A DNA stretch of 64,000 nt from Candidatus Bathyarchaeota archaeon (GCA_963707955.1 OY970176.1:448001-512000), one strand, 5' to 3'; positions 1-10,415 are shown, numbered from the stretch's first letter. Translations and numbers: made by a program. Notes: generated by a model not told the origin, from the letters alone.

Positions 1-2834
1 GGTTCCATCAGGGCACGTTTGTAGTGTTCAACGGTCATGTTAACCGCTTTCTCAACGCCCGTCTTGCTCAGCCCTGCCTTGGCCGACGTTTGCTTGAGCT
101 GGTCTACGAGGATCGGCGTGAGTCGCCCTTGAACCTCATCTAGTTTCTCTTTGATGAAGTCGGCGGACGCTGGTTTGCCCTTCTCCTTAGCAATTCTTAT
201 CTGGTCAACCAACCGGCTAACGTTCACTGCCTTTCCATGGTCGCTCTTGGCCGGGTCAACACCGTCTTCGCCGTACTGGAACTGGATTATGTCTCCGGCC
301 GAGTTTCTCACCGTGCTGTCGTACTCCAACCGTATGTGCTCAAGCGCGTTGATGAGTCTTCTCTGCATGTAGCCGCTCTGCTGTGTTCTGACGGCTGTGT
401 CGACGAGGCCTTCTCGGCCGCCCATGGCGTGGAAGAAGAACTCTATCACGTCGAGCCCTTTCTGATACGAGTTGTACACGAACCCTCTGGCTCTTGGCCG
501 TTGGTCTCCCGATTGGAAGTGGGGTAGAGCTCGGTCTACGTACCCACGGAGTATTCTCTTCCCACGGACTGATTGTTGTCCCACGCAGGCGCTTATCTGG
601 CCGATGTTCAGGCTTGAGCCTCTGGCGCCGGTTCGCGTCATGATTATTCCAGAGTTCTCCAGAGTGAAGTCTTCGTCAGCTATCTTGCCTGATTCGTCTC
701 TTGCCTTTGCCAGCTCGTTCATGACATATATCTCAAATGAATCTTCCAACGTTTGGCCTGGAAGCCTGGGCAACGTGCCCTTACGATAGCTTTCAATGAG
801 TTCCTCTATCTTCTTCTCGATTCTTTGCATGGTTTTTTCTATTCTGTCTTCAGCCTTGGGAGACAAGACCAGCTCGTTGTACGAGTAGGTGAAGCCTCGC
901 ATGGTTATGTAGAGCTTCAGCATCCTTGTGATCTTGTTGAGGAACTCCCGTCCCGCCTGAGTGCCATAATCCTTGATTATCCTGTGAAGAAGGCTTTCAG
1001 ACTGTTCGGCACCTATGGAACGTCTGTCAATCACGCCGCTTACAAGCTCGCCGTTCTTCACAACAACGTAGGCGTCATATTTGCATTCTTCTTCTAGACA
1101 TTTAACGCATCCTTGACAGATGTTGGCCTTCAAAACGTAGTTCATGTCCTTCGGTAAGAACAGGCTGAAGATCTGCTTTCCCGTCCACAATGGTTGCGGC
1201 TGTTTGACCTCTGGCGGAGGCAGTTGGCCCTCGTATTTGGCTGCCAAGAGCAGCTTGTTGACTTCGTTTCTTGTCAAGTAGTTTGCTTTTCTCGTGAACA
1301 GGTATGCTGAGGTTATGAAGTCTCTGATGGCCCCTATTATTGGACCTCCGAACCGTGGCGAAAGGATCTGGTCTTGGACCTGCATAAGCAGCAGGGCTTC
1401 CGTTCGAGCCTCTTCGCTCTGAGGAATGTGAAGGTTCATCTCGTCGCCGTCGAAGTCTGCGTTATACGGTGGACAAACGCACAGGTGCAGGCGGAACGTC
1501 TTGTACGGCAGAACGCGGACGTAGTGTGCCATAATCGACATGCGGTGAAGTGAGGGTTGACGGTTGAAGATGGCTATGTCCCCGTTCTTCAAGTGCCTCT
1601 CCACGATGAAACCCAGTTCGATGGCTTCAGCGATCTTTTCTCTGTCAACGACGAATTCGAGTCTTATGCGTTTGCCATCGGGCCTGATGATGTAAAGGGC
1701 TCCGGGGTACTCTTCAGGTCCATTTTTCACGAGGGTTCGCATCTCTTTGATGTTCCATTCTGTGATTTTTTCGGGTACTGAGAGGCGCATCGCAATTTCA
1801 AGCGGAACGCCTACCTCGTTTATGTCGATGTTCGGGTCAGGCGAAACAACGGTGCGTGCTGAGAAGTCTACCCTTTTTCCAGAAAGGTTGCTTCGGAACC
1901 TTCCCTCCTTTCCCTTCAATCTTTGTGAGAGTGTCTTGAGTGCTCTGCCGGAGCGGTGTCGAGCCGGGGGAATTCCTGAGGCCTCGTTGTTGAAGTAGGT
2001 CGTCACATGGTACTGAAGGAGTTCTGACAGGTCTTGAATTATGAGTGTGGGCGCCCCTGCGTCCATGTTTTCTTTGAGCCTCTGGTTAATTCGAATTATG
2101 TCCACTAGCTTGTGAGTCAAATCGTCCTCTGAACGAATGCCCGATTCCAAAGTTATTGATGGGCGAACATAGACGGGTGGTACAGGAAGAACCTGCAGAA
2201 CCATCCATTCGGGGCGAGCCGCTTTCGGGTTGAACCCCAACAGTTCAAGGTCCTCGTTAGTGATGCGTTCCAGTCTTTCTCGGACCATGCTGGGCGTCAA
2301 CGGTTCTGAGCCGCTTTCAGGGATCTGTTCGCTGAACTTTGTTGGCTTCTCAAAAGTCATCTTGTACTGCACGGCGGCACATTGAGGACACTGCCTTCTC
2401 TTCGTTTCCTGCATGATCGCCTTATAAACTTCGTCTGGAACCAGACCCAAGAGTTGGCGCGTCTTCTCCACTCTTGCCTTCGCCCTCTCAATTACGTCGT
2501 CTGGAAGCATTATCCGTCCACAGTTTCGACACGTCGCCCTCAAGAGGTCGTATATGATCTTCGTGAACTCAATGTGTATTATAGGAACTGCTAGTTCGAT
2601 GTGACCAAAATGCCCTGGACAGCGAATTGCCGTGTTGCCGCAGGTCTTGCACCTTTGTCTTGGTTCAAGGGTTCCAAGCCTCCCGTCCATCAGACCCGAA
2701 GAGATTGGAGCTCCATCTTCATCGTAAGTGTCTGGTGTCTGAATTTCCACCACTGAAAGCTTGCGCACGTCCTGCGGCGAGAACATGCCGAAGTTTATTT
2801 CATTCACAACTTTGCGGACAATTTCCTCGCTCAT
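1..2834 (-). CDS. rpoA1: DNA-directed RNA polymerase largest subunit, fused A'+A'' (partial, runs off left edge)
   Basis: ATG at 2834 directly after the rpoB stop. Catalytic YNADFDGDEMN motif at ~1435-1467. At the window edge the same frame reads ...GVEKAVNMTVEHYKRALMEP, which is the start of the A'' region. Confidence 0.95.
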   Translation of the reverse strand, partial: MSEEIVRKVVNEINFGMFSPQDVRKLSVVEIQTPDTYDEDGAPISSGLMDGRLGTLEPRQRCKTCGNTAIRCPGHFGHIELAVPIIHIEFTKIIYDLLRATCRNCGRIMLPDDVIERAKARVEKTRQLLGLVPDEVYKAIMQETKRRQCPQCAAVQYKMTFEKPTKFSEQIPESGSEPLTPSMVRERLERITNEDLELLGFNPKAARPEWMVLQVLPVPPVYVRPSITLESGIRSEDDLTHKLVDIIRINQRLKENMDAGAPTLIIQDLSELLQYHVTTYFNNEASGIPPARHRSGRALKTLSQRLKGKEGRFRSNLSGKRVDFSARTVVSPDPNIDINEVGVPLEIAMRLSVPEKITEWNIKEMRTLVKNGPEEYPGALYIIRPDGKRIRLEFVVDREKIAEAIELGFIVERHLKNGDIAIFNRQPSLHRMSIMAHYVRVLPYKTFRLHLCVCPPYNADFDGDEMNLHIPQSEEARTEALLLMQVQDQILSPRFGGPIIGAIRDFITSAYLFTRKANYLTRNEVNKLLLAAKYEGQLPPPEVKQPQPLWTGKQIFSLFLPKDMNYVLKANICQGCVKCLEEECKYDAYVVVKNGELVSGVIDRRSIGAEQSESLLHRIIKDYGTQAGREFLNKITRMLKLYITMRGFTYSYNELVLSPKAEDRIEKTMQRIEKKIEELIESYRKGTLPRLPGQTLEDSFEIYVMNELAKARDESGKIADEDFTLENSGIIMTRTGARGSSLNIGQISACVGQQSVRGKRILRGYVDRALPHFQSGDQRPRARGFVYNSYQKGLDVIEFFFHAMGGREGLVDTAVRTQQSGYMQRRLINALEHIRLEYDSTVRNSAGDIIQFQYGEDGVDPAKSDHGKAVNVSRLVDQIRIAKEKGKPASADFIKEKLDEVQGRLTPILVDQLKQTSAKAGLSKTGVEKAVNMTVEHYKRALME

Positions 2835-2835
2835 C

Positions 2836-5800
2836 TTATGCCCTCTCCTTAAGCGTTAATCTTGGCGAGACGCACAGGCTCATCAGTTCTTGCAGCAGAA
2901 GCTTGAACGCATAGGAAACTATAACTGGAGAGATTCTGGCCTTGTCCTCGCAGAGCTTGCAAACGTATTTTCTTTGCTTCATGTCATAGTAGGCTATGTG
3001 TCCACACGTTTCGCAGATGTAGAGCGTGTACTTGTCAGATTCTTCAAGCAGTCTGTCTCTTAGGAGCATAGCGGCGCCATGGCCAATCAGGCAGTCGCGC
3101 TCCATTTCGCCGAACCTGAGGCCGCCTCCTCTGGCTCTTCCCTCAGTCGGCTGCCTCGTCAGCATCTGAACCTGTCCACGGGCTCTGGCATGAATCTTGT
3201 CCGCAACCATGTGATGCAGCTTCTGGTAGTGCACAACGCCGACGTAGATGTCCGCGACGAATTTCTGACCTGTCACACCGCTGTAGAAGACTTCACTGCC
3301 GGTGCTGCTGAAACCCAGCTTGACCAGGGCAGACCTCAGCTCGTTGGGCCCTTCATTTGAGAAGGGCGTTCCATCAGCGGGCCGCCCGCGTGCAGAGGCA
3401 ACCTTTCCAGCTATTGATTCGATGAACTGGCCGACGGTCATCCTTGAGGGGATAGCATGCGGGTTGATTATCAAGTCTGGAACGATGCCATCTTCCGTGA
3501 AAGGCATATCTTCCTGAGGAACGATCAGGCCGATGACACCTTTTTGCCCGTGACGCGAAGCAAATTTGTCGCCTAGTTCTGGAACGCGTTGGTCGCGGAC
3601 TCTAACTTTCACAAGCTTGCTTCCTTCTCCCGACGCTGTGATGAAGATGGCGTCGACGACGCCTGTTTCTGATGGGCGCATATCCACTGAGGTGTCACGC
3701 ATCGAAGGTCCCTTGACTTCAAATTCCTTGTATTCTTCAAGGAACCTTGGCGGACTGATTCTGCCGATGAGGACGTCTCCGCCTGCAACGGCAGACTCCA
3801 GGCCTATTATTCCGTCTGGTTCAAGCAGCCTGTAGTACTGTTCGCCTCTGTATCCGCGTGTTCCTGCTTCGGGTAAGGTGAATTTGTCTTTCAGTCCTCC
3901 CAAGTACTGGCGACACTCAGCCTCGTAGATTCGGAAGAAGGTCGAGCGTCCCAAGCCTCTTTCTATCGAAGCCTTGTTGAAAACAAGGGCGTCTTCCATG
4001 TTGTAACCCTCAAAAGACAGCACCGCGACCACGTAGTTTTGACCTGATGGGCGCAGCTTATAGCCTATCGTATCCATGAGTGCTGTTTCAGCAAGCGGAG
4101 CCTGTGGGTAGTGTAAGATGTGTGATCTTGAGTCTACGCGTTGCTGGAAGTTTGTCGAGTAGATTCCTAGAGCTTGTTTGGCCATTGCGGCCTGATACGA
4201 GTTGCGGGGTGACTGGTTGTGCTCTGCGTAAGGAATAGTTGACGCGCAGATTCCTAGAATAGTGTACGTAGCAATTTCTAAGTGTGTGTGGTCGCTACTT
4301 AATTCTTCGGGGCTCAAGGCGACATAAGCGTTCTCCTCTTCTTCAGCGTCCAAGTATTCAACGATTCCGTTCTTTACGAGTTCTTCCCAGGACCAAACTC
4401 CAGTGGCGATCTTCTCAATCTGGTCAGGCTGAAGCTTCTGCAAACCGTTTTCAACGATTATAAGAGGGCGTCTGACTCTGCCCTCGTCGCAGTTGACGTA
4501 AACTTCTTCCCTCTCGCCCTGCGCCTTCGAGAAGTAGGCTATGTTGACTTCGGTGGAAACTTCGCCTCTTCTCCTTCTCTCCCTGAAGTCTCGGGCCAGC
4601 CGATCTGGAGAGTTGCAGTATCCTATTGTGTTGCCGTCTACGAAAACCTTTGCCCCAGAAAGCTTCAACGTGTCGTTGGCCTCAAGAATTGGAGTCACGC
4701 CGCTGGCGAACAAGAGCTGCTTCATCTTTTCTGGGTTCACGCCCACAGAGATGCAGGCAGACAGCGCCAAGTTCTTCACCAGTCCGCAGTTTGAGCCCTC
4801 TGGTGTTTCGTTTGGGCAAAGGCGGCCCCAGTGGGTTGCGTGTAAGTCCCTTGCCTCAAAGTTGGGTTGGCTTCTGCTAAGAGGCGATTGGAGTCGTCGC
4901 AGGTGACTCAGTGTTGATATGTGGTTTGTTCTGTCAAGAAGCTGGGTTATACCGACTCTGCCTCTTCCCCAGTTTCCGGTTGCGAGCGCATGTTGAAACC
5001 TTTCAGATATTATCCCCGGCCTCACGGCTGCTGAAACGGTTATTATCGGCCCCTTCACACCAATTCTTTCAAGTTGATATTTTATGTCGCGGGTGAGATT
5101 TCTAAACGCCACTCTGAAAAGGTCTGCAAGCAGAGGACCTGCCAGTCTCAACCGCTTGTTCTTGAAGTGGTCTTTGTCATCTTGCTTCCTCCTCTCAAGC
5201 TGCAGTTCTATTGCCCTACAGGCCATCTCGCCCAAGAACAGGGCCTTGTCCTTCCTCTTCTGTTCCGTTCTGCCTATGTGTGGAAGGAAGTTCTTGTCCA
5301 CTGCAGTTTCGGCTTTCTGCACGCGGTACTCTTCTACCTGTCCATGAGCAACACGGTTGCCAATGAACAGGATGGCGTCTTTTGCTGTGTCGACTCCGAG
5401 GGCTTTTTCGAAGGACGGCTCAAGTGGGGACTGGATTTCTTTGTCGAGAGAAATTGCCTCGGCAATTTCCTTGTCGGATTCAAGTCCCAAGGCACGCATC
5501 AGGACGACAAAAGGAACTTCGGAAGGAACGCCTGGCATTGAAACGTACAATGCACCGTCAGACTTGATCTTCAACTCGATTCTTGCCCTGAACCCCACAG
5601 TTGTTGAAAATATCTTTGACTGGTACACCGGAGTTGCTCCTTTCTCGTCAACGTCGACTATTATGCGGTTAGGAGCCAAGTCTTCCATGGCCACTACGAC
5701 GCGTTCTGAGCCGTTGACAACGAAGTAGCTGCCCGGGTCATCAGGGTCTTCTCCACATGCAATCAGTTCCTCTCTTGAGAGTTGTGAGAGGAAACACAGC

Positions 5801-6207
5801 TTTGACTTTAGCATTACAGGGATGTTTCCGATGTAGACAAGCTCCGTGTCCTGTTCTCTGCCGTCAATGACAGGCGTCATTTCGAGGGCTACCGGCGCCG
5901 CGTAGGTTAGGTTTCGAAGTCTAGCCTCCAAGGGGTAGATTTCGTGTTTTGTACCATCGACTTCAGTCACATACGGCCCAGTTATTCTGGTCTGCGGGTC
6001 TATTATCCAGATCTGACCCAGCTTGACCTTGTAGGGGCTTTCAGGCACCTCTATGGGGATTTCGCCTACTTCGTCTATGACTTCCTGCAATCCGCGGTCG
6101 ATGAACTCGTTGAAAGAGTCCAGATGCTGTCGAACCAACCCCTTGTCTTTAAAAAAGGCGTTCAACAGCAGATGCGTGTCTTCTTTTGATATCTCAGTCA
6201 ATTTCAA
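2836..6207 (-). CDS. rpoB: DNA-directed RNA polymerase subunit B (unsplit Rpo2)
   Basis: 1123 aa. Motifs GDKFASRHGQKG and GGLRFGEMERD, plus C-terminal zinc ribbon CETC...CKLC. Confidence 0.98.
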   Translation of the reverse strand: MKLTEISKEDTHLLLNAFFKDKGLVRQHLDSFNEFIDRGLQEVIDEVGEIPIEVPESPYKVKLGQIWIIDPQTRITGPYVTEVDGTKHEIYPLEARLRNLTYAAPVALEMTPVIDGREQDTELVYIGNIPVMLKSKLCFLSQLSREELIACGEDPDDPGSYFVVNGSERVVVAMEDLAPNRIIVDVDEKGATPVYQSKIFSTTVGFRARIELKIKSDGALYVSMPGVPSEVPFVVLMRALGLESDKEIAEAISLDKEIQSPLEPSFEKALGVDTAKDAILFIGNRVAHGQVEEYRVQKAETAVDKNFLPHIGRTEQKRKDKALFLGEMACRAIELQLERRKQDDKDHFKNKRLRLAGPLLADLFRVAFRNLTRDIKYQLERIGVKGPIITVSAAVRPGIISERFQHALATGNWGRGRVGITQLLDRTNHISTLSHLRRLQSPLSRSQPNFEARDLHATHWGRLCPNETPEGSNCGLVKNLALSACISVGVNPEKMKQLLFASGVTPILEANDTLKLSGAKVFVDGNTIGYCNSPDRLARDFRERRRRGEVSTEVNIAYFSKAQGEREEVYVNCDEGRVRRPLIIVENGLQKLQPDQIEKIATGVWSWEELVKNGIVEYLDAEEEENAYVALSPEELSSDHTHLEIATYTILGICASTIPYAEHNQSPRNSYQAAMAKQALGIYSTNFQQRVDSRSHILHYPQAPLAETALMDTIGYKLRPSGQNYVVAVLSFEGYNMEDALVFNKASIERGLGRSTFFRIYEAECRQYLGGLKDKFTLPEAGTRGYRGEQYYRLLEPDGIIGLESAVAGGDVLIGRISPPRFLEEYKEFEVKGPSMRDTSVDMRPSETGVVDAIFITASGEGSKLVKVRVRDQRVPELGDKFASRHGQKGVIGLIVPQEDMPFTEDGIVPDLIINPHAIPSRMTVGQFIESIAGKVASARGRPADGTPFSNEGPNELRSALVKLGFSSTGSEVFYSGVTGQKFVADIYVGVVHYQKLHHMVADKIHARARGQVQMLTRQPTEGRARGGGLRFGEMERDCLIGHGAAMLLRDRLLEESDKYTLYICETCGHIAYYDMKQRKYVCKLCEDKARISPVIVSYAFKLLLQELMSLCVSPRLTLKERA

Positions 6208-6613
6208 CCATCCCCCGCGACCTTAGGTTTAACCTTGTGCTAGCGAAACTTCTTGGTGCGGGTTTCCTCAAATTTTGAATTTCCTCCGTTTGTTGGGTCA
6301 TTCCAACTCGAAAAATGGTCACCAATGTTAAAGATCTAGAAAACGTAAACTGCACAGCTTTCTAATAAACTTTTTCATGTTCAAAATTCTTTTCGCTCGC
6401 GTTGGATTGTTCAAGGCGATCTCTGAGTACTCGAAGTCCATCGAGCGGCCGACTGGAAAAGAGGGATTAAGCGGAAACTCATGGAAACTGTCCCTGGTTC
6501 ATCCTTGAAAAAGACGTTGGACTACCGAGCTGCCAGTCCGAACACGTGGACCGCACGTTGGCAGAGGCTCGGGAAATAATTAATAAGAAAGTAACCGTAG
6601 TTCTGGAAGAGGT

Positions 6614-6722
6614 GCAGGGGTAGCAGAGCATGGCCAACCCCGCGTAAGTAGGGGCTTTATGCGCGGGACTCAAGATCCCGTCCCGAAGGGGTACGTGAGT
6701 TCAAATCTCACCCCCTGCACCA
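6614..6722 (+). tRNA. tRNA-Leu(CAA) with 21-nt intron at position 21/22 (6638-6658)
   Basis: Acceptor stem GCAGGGG/CCCCTGC with encoded CCA. Anticodon arm CGGGA-CTCAAGA-TCCCG (CAA at 6671-6673). Long variable arm and GTTCAAATC T-loop. A BHB motif flanks the intron. Confidence 0.93.
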
Positions 6723-6837
6723 TGTCTTTTTTGATGACAGAAGATTTCTTGGGCGATTGTATTTCTGTTGGGCGCGTTCGTAGATATGTTTATTAAGACT
6801 TGCGATACACTAGGCAAAATCTTGGGGTTAACAGATT

Positions 6838-6948
6838 ATGGCGAAGAAATTTAGAAAGGACTCAGATGGAAAGGATGAAAACTCTGCTGTATTGGTCATT
6901 GACGACTTTTTCTCTTATGAAAACCTAGTTCACAAGAGACTGACTTAG
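6838..6948 (+). CDS. Possible 36-aa small protein
   Basis: ORF MAKKFRKDSDG...HKRLT preceded by a TTTATTAA TATA-like box (~6789) and GGGGT. No recognised homology. Confidence 0.3.
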   Translation: MAKKFRKDSDGKDENSAVLVIDDFFSYENLVHKRLT

Positions 6949-7280
6949 GGATCTAGCCCTTCAGCATCCTCTCGAAAGTCACCTAAAAAAGAAAGAATAA
7001 AGACGAAACCGAGGCATGGCCGCGGAAATTGAAGAGAAATTCAAGCGTCCAAGATGTTGAAACCATCGTCCGTAAATTGTTATGATGGCCAAGCGTTGCC
7101 ACCGTCGAGCAGGCCTTTCCAGTGACGAGTGATCATGTTCTGGAGAAAGGCTGCGAGACCATTCTTGAGCGTCCCTTTCTGGTGCCTGCGGATCAAAACG
7201 GAAAATTCTGTTTTGCAGCTAAATGCATATATCTTTGCATACGCCTAGAAACCTCCACGCTTCGTGTCGAAGGCGGAACC

Positions 7281-8189
7281 ATGACTCTTGCCGACAACAT
7301 ACTCAAATTAAAAGCGGAGAAGAGCGCGTTAATTTTGGCTCACAATTATCAGAGACCTGAAATCCAAGACATCGCAGATTATGTCGGTGACAGCATAGAG
7401 CTGAGCAGAAGGGCCATGGAAGAGAAAGATGCAAGGATCATAGTTTTTTCTGCCGTCGACTTCATGGCAGAGTCTGCGGCTATATTGAACCCCAAAAAGA
7501 AAGTGTTGCTGCCTGTGCTTGGTGCACGTTGTCCAATGGCGCAGATGCTCACGGTCGAAGAAATCAAACGCAGCAAATCGCAGCATCCAAGGACGCCGGT
7601 AGTCCTTTACGTCAACACGCTGGCCGCAGCCAAAGCAGAGTGCGACATATGCTGCACTTCGGCCAACGCTGTAGAAGTCGTTTCGTCCGTAGACGCTGAC
7701 ACGGTGCTGTTGGGACCCGACCGCAACCTCGCGGAGTACGTTCAGAGAAAGACTGGGAAGACAGTGATCCCAATCCCTGAATGGGGTTTCTGCCCAACGC
7801 ACCTGCTATTTCAGCCCGAAGACGTTCAGGTACTCAAAGCGCAACATCCGGAAACTGCAGTTATGGTTCATCCAGAATGCACTTTTGAAATGAAGAAAGT
7901 AGGCGACTTCGTCGGAAGCACATCGCAAATGTGCAGATATGCAAAGGAAAGTAAGGCCACAACGTTCATTGTAGGAACTGAGGAAGGAGTTCTGCATCGA
8001 CTTAGGAAAGATAATCCAGCGAAGAAGTTTTTCCTAGCCTATGACGGTGCTGTGTGTCCAAACATGAAGCTGAACACCCTTGAGAGAATTTATGCCTCGC
8101 TCAAAGAAGAGAAAAATGTGGTAACCGTTCCAGAACCGATTGCAAAGCACGCAAGAAAAGCCTTGCAAAGGATGTTTGAGCTGAAGTAG
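7281..8189 (+). CDS. nadA: Quinolinate synthase A
   Basis: Motifs ILAHNYQ, GDS, DFMAESA, CPMA, CCTSANA, CPTH, HPEC and CPNMK. ATG 7281 is the more likely start than 7122. Confidence 0.95.
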   Translation: MTLADNILKLKAEKSALILAHNYQRPEIQDIADYVGDSIELSRRAMEEKDARIIVFSAVDFMAESAAILNPKKKVLLPVLGARCPMAQMLTVEEIKRSKSQHPRTPVVLYVNTLAAAKAECDICCTSANAVEVVSSVDADTVLLGPDRNLAEYVQRKTGKTVIPIPEWGFCPTHLLFQPEDVQVLKAQHPETAVMVHPECTFEMKKVGDFVGSTSQMCRYAKESKATTFIVGTEEGVLHRLRKDNPAKKFFLAYDGAVCPNMKLNTLERIYASLKEEKNVVTVPEPIAKHARKALQRMFELK

Positions 8190-8261
8190 ACCCACGTCCC
8201 ACGGGTCACGTTACCGATTTGCTGATCACGTGAACGCTCAAGAAAGCAAAGGTGAGGAAAC

Positions 8262-8738
8262 CTGAAAATAGCAGGTGAAGAGAAGGAACTTAAAGCAGCA
8301 ATAGTCAATGCTGTGAAGCTGCATGGGCATTTGGGCCCCTTTCTGGTTGTCGGGGTCAGGATGGGAGGCGTCGCCAAAAAATTCTTTAACCAAGATGCTG
8401 GGGACAGTGTTAGGTTTCAGGTAACGGCGAAGGTTCCTTTAGTCATTCCCTTTTCATGCACTATCGACGGAATACAGGCTGCAACCAGCTGCACACTCGG
8501 CAACCAGAGACTCAGGATAGAAAACACGCGCAAGCAAATATTTGCGAGTTTCAGGGCTGAAAACTCAGATCATGTAGTGCGAATATCTGTCAACCCGAGA
8601 GTGATCAGAGACCTGATGAGAAAAATGTCGGCGGGCATTGGTAACGATGAACTTTCCGGAGAAATCGCTGCTATGCCAGAGAGACAGCTCTTCACGATAG
8701 AGAAAGAATGTGCACTTTCAGCTGTTCGAGGTTGGTAA
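8262..8738 (+). CDS. FmdE-family protein (formylmethanofuran dehydrogenase subunit E-like)
   Basis: HGHLGPFLVVGVRMG and SCTIDGIQAATSCTLGN motifs. Start is uncertain: CTG 8262 after GGTGAGG, or GTG 8313. Confidence 0.8.
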   Translation: MKIAGEEKELKAAIVNAVKLHGHLGPFLVVGVRMGGVAKKFFNQDAGDSVRFQVTAKVPLVIPFSCTIDGIQAATSCTLGNQRLRIENTRKQIFASFRAENSDHVVRISVNPRVIRDLMRKMSAGIGNDELSGEIAAMPERQLFTIEKECALSAVRGW

Positions 8739-8751
8739 GGTTACAATAAAC

Positions 8752-9192
8752 ATGAAGGACCTAGAAACAGCCAAGAGAGGACTCAGTGAAAGGCACTTAA
8801 CCCTCTCTGTCGTAAAGGAAGGACACGTCATTTTTGAAGCAAAGACCCACGGAGTCTCGGGTTTTATGGAAGCTGTAGAAGAGTTCAAAGACAGGCTCGA
8901 TGGTGCTTCGGTTGCAGATCGAGTTGTCGGAAAAGCAATCGCACTGCTGTGTGTCTATGTTAACGCCAGAGCTGTCTACGCGGCAACTATCAGCAAGGCA
9001 GCGAAGGTACTGCTTGAAGGAAACTCGGTTTACCTTGAATGGGATAGCCTCGTCGAAAACATACTTGGCGCAGACAAGTCGAAGACTTGCCCCTTCGAGC
9101 AGCTAGTAGACAGAATTACAGATCCAGTTGATGCGTACAGGAAGCTCAAAAGCGCGTGCGGTTCAGCAACGCGCTTCATACCGCGTGGATGA
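8752..9192 (+). CDS. DUF1893 (TM1506-like) protein
   Basis: ADRVVGKAIA, ISKAA and CPFE motifs typical of the family. Confidence 0.75.
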   Translation: MKDLETAKRGLSERHLTLSVVKEGHVIFEAKTHGVSGFMEAVEEFKDRLDGASVADRVVGKAIALLCVYVNARAVYAATISKAAKVLLEGNSVYLEWDSLVENILGADKSKTCPFEQLVDRITDPVDAYRKLKSACGSATRFIPRG

Positions 9193-9198
9193 AAACGT

Positions 9199-9621
9199 AT
9201 GAGTGGCAAACACGAACGATTTATATCAGAGGAAGACGAAGAACTGAAGCGTATAAGGGAAAAGAAACTGGCTAAGTTCAAGGCGAGAAAGGAAATGGGC
9301 AATGAGCCTGTTCATGTGACTGACGTGGATTTCGAAGAGACGGTTAGGAAGCATTCGCTGGCGTTGATCGACTTCTGGGCTCCTTGGTGTGGTCCATGCT
9401 TGGCCTTGACACCGGCGATTGAGGAGCTGAACAAGGATTACGCTGGAAGGGTGTTCATCGGGAAGCTTAACGTTGATGAGAACCCGCAGACTGCTGAATG
9501 TTTCCAAGTCTTCAGCATACCGACCTTGCTAATAATGAAGAACGGACGAGAGGTCGATAGAATCGTAGGATGTGTTCCGAAGAAGCACATCGAAGCGGCA
9601 TTAAGAAAACACCTCGGATAG
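9199..9621 (+). CDS. trxA: Thioredoxin with charged N-terminal helix
   Basis: DFWAPWCGPC active site, KLNVDEN and SIPT cis-proline motif. Confidence 0.92.
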   Translation: MSGKHERFISEEDEELKRIREKKLAKFKARKEMGNEPVHVTDVDFEETVRKHSLALIDFWAPWCGPCLALTPAIEELNKDYAGRVFIGKLNVDENPQTAECFQVFSIPTLLIMKNGREVDRIVGCVPKKHIEAALRKHLG

Positions 9622-9628
9622 GTAAAAC

Positions 9629-9757
9629 ATGGACATACCTGAACGGAGATTAGTAGGAGCGCTCTTGCTCCTTTTGGGCGTTTCTTTCCTGGCCATCGCC
9701 GTCCACACGGGACAGCTCGAAGTCGTAAGGAGACTTTTGACAATAGGATTTCCTTAG
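9629..9757 (+). CDS. 42-aa single-pass membrane protein
   Basis: MDIPERRLVGALLLLLGVSFLAIAVHTG...; starts 7 nt after the trxA stop and has one hydrophobic helix. Confidence 0.55.
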   Translation: MDIPERRLVGALLLLLGVSFLAIAVHTGQLEVVRRLLTIGFP

Positions 9758-9836
9758 GCTGCTTGAAGGCAAACATTCTTGAGGCAAACAGGCATACCCT
9801 AACATCGTAAACTGCTTCGCTATACAAGTGGTCAGA

Positions 9837-10404
9837 ATGAGCCCACCAACGATAAAGAGCAAGGACGGCGAAAAAGAGGCCATTCAGGAAGCAGCCAGGT
9901 TCATGCTCATCGCTGCACGGACAGCTCCCAAGACGGTCTGGAGTGGACGATATCCTTACGTCGATCGTTTATGGACCAGAAAAGAATCTTATCGCGGACA
10001 AAATGGAAGAGATCGGCGTAGAACGAGGATTGAAAGGCTTCAAGCGAGACGCAGGGAACTTGAGGGATTCTGAGGCCGTGATCCTTATCGGCGTCAGAGG
10101 AAGCAAGAGCGCCGGCCTGAACTGCGGAAGTTGCGGCTTTGAGAACTGCAAAGAATTCGATGAACAGGAGAGAAAACTTGGCAGAGACTTCCGTGGCCCC
10201 ACGTGCGTCTTTAAGGCATTGGATCTCGGGATAGCCCTGAGCTCTGCAGTTAAGACTGCTAGCACCTTGAACGTGGACAACCGCATCATGTACCGCGTAG
10301 GTACGGCGGCTGTAAAACTGAGGATGCTGCCGGAAGCATCTGTTATCCTGGGCGTCCCAGTTTCAGCTCATGGCAAAAGCATCTACTTTGACCGATCCAC
10401 GTAG
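9837..10404 (+). CDS. DUF2148 ferredoxin-domain protein, split by a +1 frameshift at ~9935
   Basis: AARTAPKT in one frame continues as GVDDILT...NCGSCGFENC...GPTC...DLGIA...VDNRIMY...KSIYFDR in the next frame. Confidence 0.8.
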
Positions 10405-10415
10405 TTTTTCTGACT

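Noticed and set aside
151-6189. Many plus-strand ORFs of 60-155 aa
   Set aside because: Antisense shadows of the RNA polymerase genes. The same applies to the short ORFs overlapping other long genes.
6700-6722. tRNA 3' end as an integration site for the surface region
   Set aside because: I found no duplicated tRNA 3' end and no integrase or transposase in the window.
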